From assembly GCA_951406725.2 (NCBI GenBank), contig OX597814.1, positions 112,220,001-112,284,000 of the forward strand: DNA of 64,000 nt, read 5' to 3'. Shown piece by piece: positions 40,329 to 54,651 of the stretch; within the stretch, counting starts at the first letter, position 1, and each line of letters starts with the position of its first letter. Position numbers and translations under genes: made by a program. The notes beneath the pieces were generated by a model. The model ran no database searches. It saw nothing but the letters and a program-made list of their open reading frames with translations, and was not told the origin of the DNA. Source of the DNA: Octopus vulgaris. Taxonomy: Eukaryota.

Positions 40329-41181
40329 CAATGGTCCTCAACCAATTTTTTTGACACTTTTGGTTCTTCCTTTACCCTACCGGATCCTATTAACTATTTG
40401 ATGTTTAAAAGAACCCCTATTCTATATTTATCGAATATTCATAATTAAATATTATTAGGTATTTTATAAAGAAATTCTTAAAATATTTTGTGTATTTTAC
40501 AAATATACTCTTTTTTTTTTTACGTTTATTTGTTTCAGTCATTTGACTGCGGCCATGATGGAGCACCATCTTTAGTCGAACAAATCGATCCCAGGATTTA
40601 TTCTTTGTAAGCCTAGTGCTTATTCTATCAGATTTTTTTTGCCGAACCGCTAATTTACGGAGACGTAAACACACCAGCATCTGTGGTCAAGCGATGGTGG
40701 GGCGACAAACAAAGACACACACACACACATATATATAAGTTCAGCAAAATTTAGATTCTGATGAATATGGTACTTGAGTTAAAGGCACCAGAATTTTGCA
40801 TGGTATTATCCATATATATCAAATGTTTATCCATATAAATCAAGTGTTTAATAAAATGAAGTAGCATGAAGCAATTGTACTACTCTACCTTGGATATACT
40901 TGTTGCTTATTTTGATATATATATATACATACGATGGACCTCTTTCAGTTTCCGTCTACTAAATCCACTCACAAGGCTTTGGTCGGCCCGAGGCTATAGT
41001 AAAAGACACTTGCCCAAGGTTCCACACAGCGGGACTGAACCCAGAACCATGTGGTTCGTATGCAATCTACTTACTACACAGCCACTTCTGCGCCTATGAC
41101 TAATTATTGCACATAAATTTTAACAAAAATAACTTTATGTGGCCCCACAAGGGTCATGTGGGCCTCGGTTGAGAACCATTG
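40329..41181. mobile_element. hAT-like MITE containing a nested SINE A (-, 40515-41094)
   Basis: TIRs CAATGGTCCTCAACC and GGTTGAGAACCATTG; related element without the insert at 58832-59097. Confidence 0.7.
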
Positions 41182-41709
41182 GCCTGTATTCTTAATATAC
41201 AGATAACTTGCTCAATGGATTTTCCTTCAGCCATATTGTTTCTATTCTAAGTCGGCATCAAAATATTTCCATTCTCTTAAGATAAAAATATATAAATACA
41301 ATGATCGATCTTAATCTTGTTAACTGCATAGGATATACTTTGCTGAAGATGAGGCATGAGACTGAAACATGATCATTACCAGCTGATTTTAAGAACCACA
41401 TCCATGTCAGTTTACATTGTGTATGTTGTCTGAAATTTTCGGTCAACCGATCTTGCTAATTTATTTCGAATTAAAAACAAAAAAAAAACAGAAAGTAGAA
41501 ATATCGTAATCGAAGTTTTTCAAATCCTATATAACAATGACAGAATAAAGTTGAATTCCTACACACACACACACGCGCGCGAGCGCGCATAGACATACAT
41601 TTTGATGTTAAACATCAGATATTCGTCGTATAAAGCACGCAACGATAAAATTGTGATTTTCTCGGTATCTATGCATGTTTCTATGTAGTCTTGTGCATAA
41701 TAATAGCTA

Positions 41710-42000
<291 letters not shown>

Positions 42001-42134
42001 TACTCCAGTTTTAGGATTTATATGTCATCGAAAGCTGCTATGAAAGAGATTTATTGATTTATTGGAAAGTCCTGATTAAAGAAGAATAATTAATGCAACT
42101 ACACACACAAATACCTACATATAAATACACATGT

Positions 42135-42209
<75 letters not shown>

Positions 42210-42715
42210 TCTTTATTGCCCACAAGGGGCTAAACATAGAGGGGACAAACAAGGACAGACAAACGGATATATATATATATATGCGTTTGTTGGTGTGTAC
42301 GTGTGTGTATGCATGCGTGCATGTATGTGTTTGTGTGTGTGTTAAAATGTGGTTCACCTGTTTTATTTCATCCAAATCTGCCTGAAAATAATCGTGCAAT
42401 TTCGAGTATTTGCTACAAAAGACGACATCACATTTACACGATGTAAATATGCAAATGAGACTAATGAAAAGCTACATACGAGATCTGCCTATTACTGTTT
42501 TGTTATTTGCTCATTATTATTTGTTATTGTTCGTCACATTGTCCATGTGTATATATAAGTATGTATGTAATATCATGTTCGTAGAAGCTAAGGTGATCTG
42601 TACTGTTTTCGTATTCCAACAGATTTTTAAGTCCTCATACATACATGCATACACACACATGAGCGTGTGTGTATATATATATTTATATACATGTACATAC
42701 ATGCATGTATGTATG

Positions 42716-42767
<52 letters not shown>

Positions 42768-42826
42768 AAGCATACATTTATATATGTATGAGTGTGTGCG
42801 AAAATATACATAATGTATATATATTC

Positions 42827-42919
<93 letters not shown>

Positions 42920-42960
42920 TATATATATAAATATAAATATATATATAAATATATATATAA

Positions 42961-43032
<72 letters not shown>

Positions 43033-43594
43033 TATATATACACATATATATGTGTGTATGTGTGTTTGTCCCCACCATCGCTTGAGAACCGGTGTTGGTG
43101 TGTTTACGTTCCCGTAACTCAGCAGTTCCGCAAAAGAGAACGATAGAATAAGTACTAGGTTTACAAAGAAAAGTCTGGGGGTTGTATATATATAAATAAA
43201 TATACTTTTACTCTTTTATTCTTTTACGTCTCTCAGTCAATTGTCTGCGGCCATGATGGACCTCCGCCTTTAGTCAAACAAATCAACCCCAGGATTCTTT
43301 GTAAGCCTAGTACTTGTATATATTCTTACTCTCACCTTCCTTAATTAATTAATTAGTGGCTTTTTAGCACCACGGGCACACTTCTATTTGTTGTTTTCCC
43401 TCCATTTTCTTATTGTCGATATATACATTAAACAACGGTTTATTTTTTCAAATTATCTGCTGCCGTATACCTTATATCAAGGACCATACTTACTGAGGTA
43501 ATTACCAGGTGTGCTTCTGGATACTCCTGTCCCTTCGTAGGATTAACACCTCTAACTTATACCTTACATTATATGTGCGTGTGTCAGTGTATTT

Positions 43595-43649
<55 letters not shown>

Positions 43650-43772
43650 CGCGTACGTATACATACACATCTGCATTTATATATACATACACATACACAT
43701 ATTTATATATTTATGTATATATATATGTATATATACATATGTATATTTATATATACATATACATACACATAT

Positions 43773-43827
<55 letters not shown>

Positions 43828-43882
43828 CATATCTGCATATATATATATACAGATACGCGTATATATACATGCATGCCTGCGC

Positions 43883-43964
<82 letters not shown>

Positions 43965-44189
43965 ATATATATATTATTTGTAATCATTCATATATATATG
44001 TTTGTATACATAGATAATATTTCTACATTATAATATAGTAGGATGACAGGATAATGTCTGTGTGCTTAAAAGCCGTTTGTAGTCAAAAGATAAAACAAAA
44101 CAGAATAGTAGCTGTGTGAGTGTATATCTACCTAGAGAGAGATAGGGTGAGAGAAGGCGAGAGAGAAGGCGAGAGAGAAAGAAGAGAGA

Positions 44190-44248
<59 letters not shown>

Positions 44249-44655
44249 AGGCATACACAATGCATATACACACCTAGATACGTTATTACTTGGTGAAGCT
44301 GATTTTATAATGACCAATGAGCATCACCTATCACACAGACATGTGTGATTCATACGGGTAATTTTCAGTTTAAAAAATATATGTAGGAGAATCATGAGCA
44401 GGTGAGATGGTTTTGGAGAATTAATGCTCTGTAGGGGAAGAGTTGCATGGAGAGGGGGCCTATGAATGCCATAGTTATTATTATTATTATAAATTATTAT
44501 TTTTTCCTAATTATTAGGATTCTTCTCAGAAAGAAGAAGCAAAATTTATAACAAAAGAAAGGAAAGTTCCCTCTCCGGAGGTTGGATAACAAGAACGATC
44601 ACAGTCATGTATTAATGGAGAATCATGCTTATTTTCATATACGTATATACGTATA

Positions 44656-44706
<51 letters not shown>

Positions 44707-44923
44707 AGTGTGTGCGTGTGCGTGCGTGTATGTGTATATATATATATATGTGTTTGTGTGTGTATATATATATATATATATACATACATACACACATATA
44801 TACACACGCACATGCACATATATATATTCTTTTATTCTCTTATATTCTCGTATATTATATATATATATATATGTATGAGAGTGTGTGTGTGTGCGTGCGT
44901 GTATGTATATATATATATATATA

Positions 44924-44973
<50 letters not shown>

Positions 44974-45039
44974 CACACATATATACACACGCACATGCAC
45001 ATATATATATATATTCTTTTATTCTCTTATATTTTTACT

Positions 45040-45280
45040 TGATTCAGTCATTCGACTGCGGCCATGCTTCAGCACCGCCTCAAAGGATTTTAGTCGAAGA
45101 AATCGGCCCCAGAACTTATTCATGTAAGCGTTGTACCTATTCTATCTGCCTCATTTGCCGAACCGTTACGTTACGGGTACCTAAACACACCAGTATCGGT
45201 TGTCTAGCGACGATGGTGTGGAGGGTAGAGATAAAAAGACACAAATATTTACATATATATATATACAACTATGTGTGTGT

Positions 45281-45324
<44 letters not shown>

Positions 45325-45475
45325 GATGGGCTTCTTTCAGTTTCCGCCTACCAAATCCACTCACAAGGCATTGGTCGGCCCGACGCAATAGTAGAAGACA
45401 CCTGCCCAAGGTACCACACAGTGGAACTGAACCCGGAACCATGTGGTTGGGAAGCAAGCGTCTTGCCACACAACC
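45040..45475 (-). mobile_element. SINE family A
   Basis: Match to the family A tail, core and head. Confidence 0.85.
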
Positions 45476-46239
45476 AATAGCATAAATACGGAAATAGGGT
45501 AAATATGTTACGTGTGTGCGCGTATAGGGGGACATGGTGAGAGAAAGCGGAAAGGAGGGCAAGAGAGTGCTATAGATAAGCCCCATAACTGTGCTTTCGT
45601 CCACAAATTATTGTTGTTATGAGTGAGCATATTTATATATATATACATATATATATACATATATATATATGCGTGCACGCGCATGTGTGTGTAGATTATT
45701 AACACCAGGTTTTTTTAGTGACTGCATTGCTAATATGGATATTCTGAAGGCTTAAATACTAATTTTAAAAATCTGCGCCGACGCCTATATACCCCTTGCG
45801 GTGCACCTTCCGAGAACCATTAAATTAGGGAATTATTTTAAGGAGATTTGGCCCATAGGTCGCGCAACACATTCTATATTATATATTAAGGTATACTATG
45901 CCGGGATGTGCAGTGTTGGAAAGCTCCATTGTGATCTTACTCCATTTGGGAGTTCATAGTAACGATGGTGATGTTTTCGTAAGGAACAGCGCACTTTCCA
46001 CACACTGCTCAATAAGCCATTGTAATAAAGGCGAGTGTGAGCTATTCCAAAATATACACCCACACACACGCGCATGTATCTTTTATTTTTTTATTTGTTT
46101 CACTCATGAGGCTGCAGCCATGCTGGGGCACCACCTTGAAGAATATTTAGTCAAAAGAATTGACCCCAGTACCCTTTTACACACATATATATATATATGT
46201 GTGTGTCTGTGTGTATGGGGGTGTGTTTGTATGTCTGTA

Positions 46240-46428
46240 TTTGTCCCCCCAACATCGATTGACAACCGATGCTGGAGTGTTTACGTCCCCGTAACTTAGC
46301 GGTTAGGCTAAAGGGGAACGATAGAATAAATACTAGGCTTTCAAAGAATAACTCCTGGGGTCGATTTGCTCGACTAAAGGCGATGCTTCATCATGGCCGA
46401 AGTCAAATGACTGAAACAAGTAATGAGA
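46240..46428 (+). mobile_element. SINE A 3' half
   Basis: GACAACCGATGCTGGAGTGTTTACG...GTCAAATGACTGAAACAAG. Confidence 0.8.
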
Positions 46429-46431
46429 GAA

Positions 46432-46466
<35 letters not shown>

Positions 46467-46573
46467 GCATACGTATGTATACGTGTGTGGGTATATACAT
46501 ATACACACATATATATATATGTCTGTGTGTGTGTGCATGCATACGTTTGTATACGTGTATGGGTGTGTATGTA

Positions 46574-46681
<108 letters not shown>

Positions 46682-47094
46682 CATACATGCATGCATACAT
46701 GTGTATGTTTATGTTATCTCTTATTATAAAAGGCAGATTTTATCTGCCTCCCTTTGGGAGTTATACAAATCTACAATATAGGATTTCTTCAATTACAATT
46801 TACCTAGCAATTTTAAGAGTACAATGCATCGCGTCATGCCAGGTCCAGTTTTTAAAATTTAAACTCCAATTAAGCAAAATTTACAGAAAACTCACATTCT
46901 GGTGTGTGTGTCAAATGCTTTTCTTAGTCTGGTTTACACCACACGCAAACGCACACACACAGTGGGCAGCGAATAAAATGAAAGTAATTTACTTACTGTA
47001 GTGAGTGATTCTTTCACTCTGCCTCCCACTTCCTCTTTCAACACAGACACGCAAATATATAAATAAAATTGTAAGCTAACGTGCGTGTGTGTGA

Positions 47095-47131
<37 letters not shown>

Positions 47132-47223
47132 TGAGGGTGCGCGCGTGTGTGTGTGTGTGTGTGTGTGCGTGGGCGTGAGTGTGTGACAGGAAAGTTTTTT
47201 ACGACGAATATAAGTAGCAGAAA

Positions 47224-47917
47224 GATAAGACAGTAAGGTGTGATTTGAGGGAGATTTGGCTGCTATTTCTACCATGTCTAGCTGCCATGTAGGGGTCTCC
47301 CTCATAGGCTCATACATACATATATACATAGATAAGACAGTAAGGTGTGATTTGGGGGAAATTTGGCTGCTATTTCTACCAGGTCTAGCTGCCATGTAGG
47401 GGTCTCCCTCATAGGCTCATACATACATATATACATAGATAAGACAGTAAGGTGTGATTTGGGGGAAATTTGGCTGCTATTTCTACCAGGTCTAGCTGCC
47501 ATGTAGGGGTCTCCCTCATAGGCTCATACATACATATATACATAGATAAGACAGTAAGGTGTGATTTGGGGGAAATTTGGCTGCTATTTCTACCAGGTCT
47601 AGCTGCCATGTAGGGGTCTCCCTCATAGGCTCATACATACATATATACATAGATAAGACAGTAAGGTGTGATTTGGGGGAAATTTGGCTGCTATTTCTAC
47701 CAGGTCTAGCTGCCATGTAGGGGTCTCCCTCATAGGCTCATACATACATATATACATAGATAAGACAGTAAGGTGTGATTTGGGGGAAATTTGGCTGCTA
47801 TTTCTACCAGGTCTAGCTACCATGTAGAGGTGCCCCTCATTGGCTCATATATATATACATACATAAAACAGTAAGGTGTGATTTGAGGGAGATTTGGCTG
47901 CTGTTTCTACCAGGTCT
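47224..47917. repeat. 107-bp tandem repeat, about 6.5 copies
   Basis: Units at 47224, 47331, 47438, 47545, 47652, 47759 and about 47863; inner units are identical. Confidence 0.95.
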
Positions 47918-48247
47918 GTTAGGCCTTCTCATGTAAACTCAAGCTTTCTTATGCCTTGAACATAAGACCAAAGCAGAGAATGTATTCTTTTATTCTTCTG
48001 CTTTTTCCAGCCATTGGTCTGTGGCCATGCTGGGGCAATGCCTTGAAGAATTGTAGTTTAATGAATCAACTCCAGTTTTATTTTTGTAAGCATTGTACTT
48101 ATTCTATCTGTTTCCACTAGGTGACAGGGATGTAAACAAACCAACATTCGTTGTCAAGCAGTGGTGGAGGACAATCACAAGCACAGACACGCACACACAC
48201 ACACATACATGCATACATACATATATATATATGTGTGTATATATATA

Positions 48248-48506
48248 TTGCAGCGTGGAAGGTGTTTGTAAGCCATTTAAGAAACACACAAAAACCGTTA
48301 CATTCACTTCAACATTTAAATTTCATTTGCCAAAATATTTTCGTCGCTTTGAGACCGCGACCTGTTCACTGACAAAAATATCGTGCTAACAGGTCGCGGT
48401 CTCAAAGCGACGAAAATATTTTGACAAATTAAATTTAAATGTTGAAGTGAATCTAACGGTTTTTGTGTGTTTCTTAAATGGCTTATAAACACCTTCAACG
48501 CTGCAA
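48248..48506. mobile_element. Inverted repeat (119-bp arms, 21-bp spacer), Penelope-like inverted terminal repeat
   Basis: TTGCAGCG...CGACCTGTT (48248-48366) versus AACAGGTCG...CGCTGCAA (48388-48506), with few mismatches; contains an HHR-like motif. Confidence 0.8.
48326..48376 (-). ncRNA. Minimal HHR with G3-C8 core
   Basis: rc tttgtca GTGAACA g-gtcgc-ggtctcaaa-gcgac GAAA atat TT tggcaaa. Confidence 0.65.
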
Positions 48507-48579
48507 CTGTTTTCGTTCCAGCACACGATCTCAGATCAAGTCACTTGCTATGCAAGTACATCTCTGTAACTATTTATAC

Positions 48580-48623
<44 letters not shown>

Positions 48624-48686
48624 TGTTAAAAACAGTAAGATAACAAAAGAAAGAAAGAGACCTCAATATTATGTAAATAGAGGAAA

Positions 48687-49080
48687 TCTTTATATATAAA
48701 AGTGAGGTTGTGTGTCTGTCTCCTACGATTTAGATTCCTAACTACTCCCACATTTTGCGGTGCAGTTTAACCAAAAGCGGGTATCTTATAGTCGTGATTC
48801 ATATCGAGACCGTCTGGGTATTAGCGCGCGTCTACGATGAGTCTACGATTTAAAAAAAAATTACCATCAATTTTTCCCATTTTTAATCCATTTTTGACAT
48901 ATATAAGGGAAGTAACTCTCTAAAATTTATTATTAAATCTCAGAACGTAAAAAGCTACAGTAACACCCCTCCCCCTTTGTGGTTAGCCATATTGAGATGG
49001 CTATTATACTTTACATCTCTAAAAATGCTTATATAATTATTTCCCTTACAAACCCGAGCAACGCCGGGCGATACTGCTAG
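48687..49080 (+). mobile_element. Non-autonomous Helitron (394 bp)
   Basis: A|TCTTTATATATAAAAG start; imperfect hairpin CCCGAGCAACGCCGGG (49053-49068); CTAG|T end. Confidence 0.9.
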
Positions 49081-49105
49081 TGATATAATATAATCCATTA
49101 ACGAT

Positions 49106-49703
49106 ATAAATGTATATATGATAATATAATGTAGAGCATTAACGATACATCATATAAAAATATATCATATGATATATAACGATATGATATGATATATATA
49201 TATATCAAAAACTGCTATATCAAACTACACTCATGTGTCAAATAACTCGTTAATTTTATTTTCATATAGTTAGTAATTCTATATTTTTTTTACCACATAA
49301 TAGTTTATTTTTTCCTTATCGTCTCGTAATTACTTAGTTAATTTTTGATTAGCCATGGAACTTTAAGGAAAAGTGCATCGCTCTTTTAATGGACTCATAT
49401 CATATCGTTATATCGATGTATATAAATGTATATATGATAATATAATGTAGAGCATTAACGATACATCGTATATAAATATATCATATGATATATAACAATA
49501 TGATATGAGTCCATTAAAAGAGCGATGCACTTTTCCTTAAAGTTCCATGGCTAATCAAAAATTAACTAAGTAATTACGAGACGATAAGGAAAAAATAAAC
49601 TATTATGTGGTAAAAAAAAAAATAGAATTACTAACTATATGAAAATAAAATTAACGAGTTATTTGACACATGAGTGTAGTTTGATATAGCAGTTTTTGAT
49701 ATA
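49106..49703. repeat. Direct plus inverted duplication (A-B'-A-B)
   Basis: About 210-bp inverted arms at 49201-49413 and 49490-49703; about 87-bp direct repeat at 49106-49192 and 49421-49508. Confidence 0.9.
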
Positions 49704-49813
49704 ACGATCTCTCGTTATCGTCTCATAATGAAGACAGTTCTTATAAACTAGATAAGAAGCTTCAAATAGAGATGTATCGTCTTGATGGATTCAATTATGT
49801 ATATATGAATATG

Positions 49814-49852
<39 letters not shown>

Positions 49853-50079
49853 ATGTGTGTGTGTATGTGTGTGTGTGTGTGTATGGATATATGTATATAT
49901 ATACACACACGTATCTGTGGTGTATGTATACATATATACATGTATGTATGTATATATCCATACATACACGTATGTACGTATATGTTACAACATTGTATGC
50001 AATATTTTTATTTTATTTCAATAAAGAAATATATCAAATCATATATGTGTGTGTGTGTATTTATATATATATATATCAG

Positions 50080-50110
<31 letters not shown>

Positions 50111-50126
50111 TTATATGAATATTTAC

Positions 50127-50181
<55 letters not shown>

Positions 50182-51420
50182 TGTATATATACTCACATCT
50201 ATATGTACATATGTATACATATATATATACATATTTTTTTTTTTAAAGATTAATAGAGAAGACGGAGAGTATCAAAAACCAGTATATATATATATATATA
50301 TATATAATAGTGTAATAAATAAAATATATGCATACATACATATATGTACGTACCTACATCTACATGTATATATACATGCATATATAAATATATATACGTG
50401 AGTACAGGACACCACAAACAGACGTAGAACTCAACGAGAAACGAAAACGTAAAAGCAAGCATGGAACAGACATTATTTTACACCGAAAAACAGAGTACAA
50501 GACAAACTACACTAATCGATACATTTATTTAGATATATACAGATACATGTACTGAAATATATACAGATAAATGTATACAGATGCACAGATATGAATACAC
50601 GTACTTAAATATATACATAGTGGTAAGAAACGCAGATGAGGGCAGCAAAATTGAACTCCCTCATTCACCAAATGACCCTCATCAGAGGAGATTTGGTAGC
50701 AAAGCAACAGTCAGAGCACCAGCATAGCCGCAGCCCCTGGGCTGAGCAAATGTTCGAAACGTAAAAGACTTTTCTATTTTTCCCGAGCGTCAAACTAATA
50801 CACTTGCTTGTGTTCCTATACCTGTCTTCGTCTTTTGTTTTTCTATAAACTTCAACATCACACATATATATAGACATATTTAGAAACAGATATATGTGTA
50901 TATATGTATACACGCATGCATATATATACATACACGTATATATATAACGTTGAGATACAGGCTTCTAACCACAGAACTACGTCTGCATCTATACATACAT
51001 ATATATACACTTATATATGTATACAGAGAAGAAAAAATACTAAGAACTATTCTGAACAAACTATTGTGTGTTGTGCGTGTGCGCGCACTCAGGTGGATTT
51101 CATAAATGCACGTGAAAATTTTCATACCTCTGACTTATATATACACATACACACACATATATATATGTGTCTGTGTGTGCACATGTAGGCATTGTATAAT
51201 GTTTATGTGCATGACTGCACACATGATGGATATGTACATAGCTAGCGGTTATTTGTGTATGCAGGAATCCCCATGTATATGTCACTACAGCGTATAGAAT
51301 TGTGTACAATGATGCGCTCTAAACAAATATTACACATTTTTATATACGGAACTACATCTACAGTTATATACAATGAATCCGTAAATATATGTGTGTATGT
51401 GTGTATATATATATATGCAG

Positions 51421-51598
51421 GCTCAGGCGTGGCTGCGTGGTAAGAAGCTTGCTTACCAATCACATGATTCCAAGTTCAGTCCCGCTGCGTGGAACCTTGG
51501 GCCAGTGTCTTCTACTATCGCGCCGGCCCGACCAAAGCCATGTGATTTGATTTGGTAGATGGAAACTAAAAAAAGCCCGTCGTATATATATACATATA

Positions 51599-51649
<51 letters not shown>

Positions 51650-51850
51650 ATGTGTGTGTATATTTGTGTGTGTGTTTGTCCCACCACACCATCGCTTGAC
51701 AATCGACGTTAGTGTGTCTACGTTCCCGTATCTTGCGGTTCGGCAAAAGAGACTGATAGGCTTACTAGGCTTACAAAGAATAAGTCCTGGGGACAATTTG
51801 TTCGACGAAATGCGGTGCCGCAGTCAAATGACTGAAACAAGTAAAAGAAT
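51421..51850 (+). mobile_element. SINE family A
   Basis: Full-length match to other family A copies. Confidence 0.9.
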
Positions 51851-52045
51851 ATAAGAAAAAAGGAATATATATATATATATATGTGTGTGCGCGCATGTAT
51901 GCATGTAGACATATATTTGTACATACATACACACACACACACAGATCCAAATTGAAGGAGTGGAGCGGGTTAAAATCCAGGCTACATATGTGTCCTAGCT
52001 AGCAGATCCTCGAATTAATAATTATTCAGCGAGAAGCGTACTAAT

Positions 52046-52160
52046 CGGGCCGAAGATACCTTAGTCAAATGAAGGTTATATAAGGAATCTTTCCGACGAG
52101 TTAACTTGGCATTCCTTAACGATAATGTAACCTTCATTTGACTAAAGTATTTTTGGCCCG
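52046..52160 (+). other. Long imperfect hairpin
   Basis: 35-bp outer stem 52046-52080 with 52126-52160, plus inner stem TAAGGAAT/ATTCCTTA. Confidence 0.75.
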
Positions 52161-52427
52161 TTGAAGAATATACATTCTCCTGGAGCAATGAATACTTGCC
52201 GAAGGTACCGCGCAGTAGGAATGAACCCGACGACGCTTAATATTGCCTTCATAATTTTCTCCAAAGAGAATATTAGAAACAGAATAAAGGCAAATACGAA
52301 AAGGACCGATAAATTTCACGATCTTTTCTAAAATTTCATCTGATACAAGACTCTTCCGCCTCGAGATTAGAAACGGAAGAGGTATTCGTCGGATCACCTC
52401 TGTATATATGTATATGTGTGCGCGTGC

Positions 52428-52462
<35 letters not shown>

Positions 52463-52534
52463 CATATGTAAATCATGTATTTGTAAGATACTAGGTATGT
52501 ATATGAATATATATATATATGCATGTATGCATGT

Positions 52535-52579
<45 letters not shown>

Positions 52580-52994
52580 GATATATATATATATATACAT
52601 ACATACATATATACAAACTCATATTAAAATACATATACACATACATAAATACATACACTCACTCACTCGCACACATGCATATAAACATATATCCGAAAGC
52701 AGAATAAAGCAGCAGAAACTGTCTGACTTTTTATCATAACATCATTAATGAATGATATTATATTATATTATAAACCAAATCTCCTGTTTTATTTTGCTCT
52801 CGGATATACACTCTCGGATATATATATGCAGCCAGTAAATTATTCAAATGTATATAATAGAAAATGAAAATCGGAAAACAAATTCTGTCTAATACTTGAT
52901 TAGAATTTCTATGTACATGAATATTGCATAGAGTTCAAGACGTGCTTATTCGATATGCTATCTCATTCGAAATAGCAATTCTTCAATACACCTC

Positions 52995-53203
<209 letters not shown>

Positions 53204-53587
53204 GGTATGTATGCGGAAGAAGCGAAAGGATATAATGTTTTTTAAAATGAAGTCTATTTACACGAGAAATAAATGTTTGTATACTATGTATGGCGGAAAC
53301 AGATAAAAAATATTTGTTTCACACCATATCGGATACATGAGCTGTACCACATGTATGTCAGAGAAGCATTCATGTCAGTTTATATATTTTAATACCTTCA
53401 AAATGTTACAATCATTTCCTAGGTGTATGCAACGTATATATATATATATACATAGATATAGAGGGGCAGCGTACAGATCTGTTTACAGCACACACACATT
53501 TTAAGCCTTATTGTAAGAAAAAAAATCGGAAATAGCTTTTAAACCATGTCTTTTTTTCTATCTAAGATACCAAAAAAAGTAAGTTCA

Positions 53588-53629
53588 GCCTGACTTGTTT
53601 CAGTGATTTTTTACTGCTTCATCAGAGAT
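53588..53629 (-). ncRNA. HHR-like motif, canonical core, weak helices
   Basis: rc atct CTGATGA agcagt-aaaaaatc-act GAAA caag TC aggc. Confidence 0.45.
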
Positions 53630-53853
53630 CGTTGAAACTAATCAGTCTTCGTTTTTGCAATGAGACAGAGAATACAAATATTTGGCGTCATCGCAGTAGC
53701 ATTTTTTTTTTTTATTTCAGCGCCACATTTAAAATGTTGCTTTTAGCAACATTTGTTCTTGCTAAAAGCAAAGATCCATAAGAACACACACATATACATG
53801 CATTTATTTGTGTACGTACGTACACACATACATATATATTTATGTGGTGTATG

Positions 53854-53909
<56 letters not shown>

Positions 53910-53949
53910 CTTACAGACATGTTGTTTTATGTATATATATCTATTTATT

Positions 53950-54162
53950 TATTTATTGCCCACGGGTGGGGGGCTAAAAATAGAGGGGAGATACAAGGAC
54001 AGACAAAGGGATTAAGTCGATTACTGGTACTTATTTAATCGCCCCCGAATGGCTGAAAGGCAAAAATCGACCTCGGCGGAATTTGAACTCAGAACGTAAC
54101 GGCAAAAGGAATACCACTAAGCATTTCACCCGGCGTGCTAACGACTCTGCCAGCTCACCGCC
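53950..54162 (-). mobile_element. SINE family B
   Basis: rc GGCGGTGAGCTGGCAGAGTCGTTAGCACG head plus body. Confidence 0.85.
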
Positions 54163-54174
54163 CTATGTTTTATG

Positions 54175-54205
<31 letters not shown>

Positions 54206-54492
54206 GCACGCACATACATATATATACATATATACATATATTGATAGATATAGATATATGCACGATAAAGGCGAGCAAACCGACCCTGCGAAGTCACAGT
54301 CAACTTTTTCCAAGGAAAAAGTTTCATAAACATGAACTCTGAGAGGTATCAAGTGAACCCAGTGCGTAACTGAAGTCTATTTACATAAAAAATAAATGGC
54401 TTTACACATGATTTCAAATAAATAAAAACATAAATTTGTATACATACATACCTATATATACCTATTCACACACACACATACACACATGCATA

Positions 54493-54651
54493 CGAGAGGG
54501 TTCCTGTCTTTAAGGGTATCGGGAAAGGTCTAATTGGAGGCCCGACCTTCCGAGTCCTTTTAGAGGACTTAGAAAAACTGAAGGAGCGCTGCAGTATGAT
54601 CCTCCTGTATTTTATTTTACCCACAGCCAGGAAATTTTCAGCACTCACTCG
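54493..54651. mobile_element. Tc1/mariner-type MITE, internally deleted
   Basis: TA|CGAGAGGG...CACTCG|TA; internal match to 17936-18150. Confidence 0.75.

Noticed and set aside
41340-41375. CTGAAGA...GAAACATG HHR-like motif
   Set aside because: Helices I and II do not pair adequately.
47224-47917. CRISPR-like array or repeated 66-aa ORFs
   Set aside because: Units are identical with no unique spacers; the context is eukaryotic and there are no cas genes.
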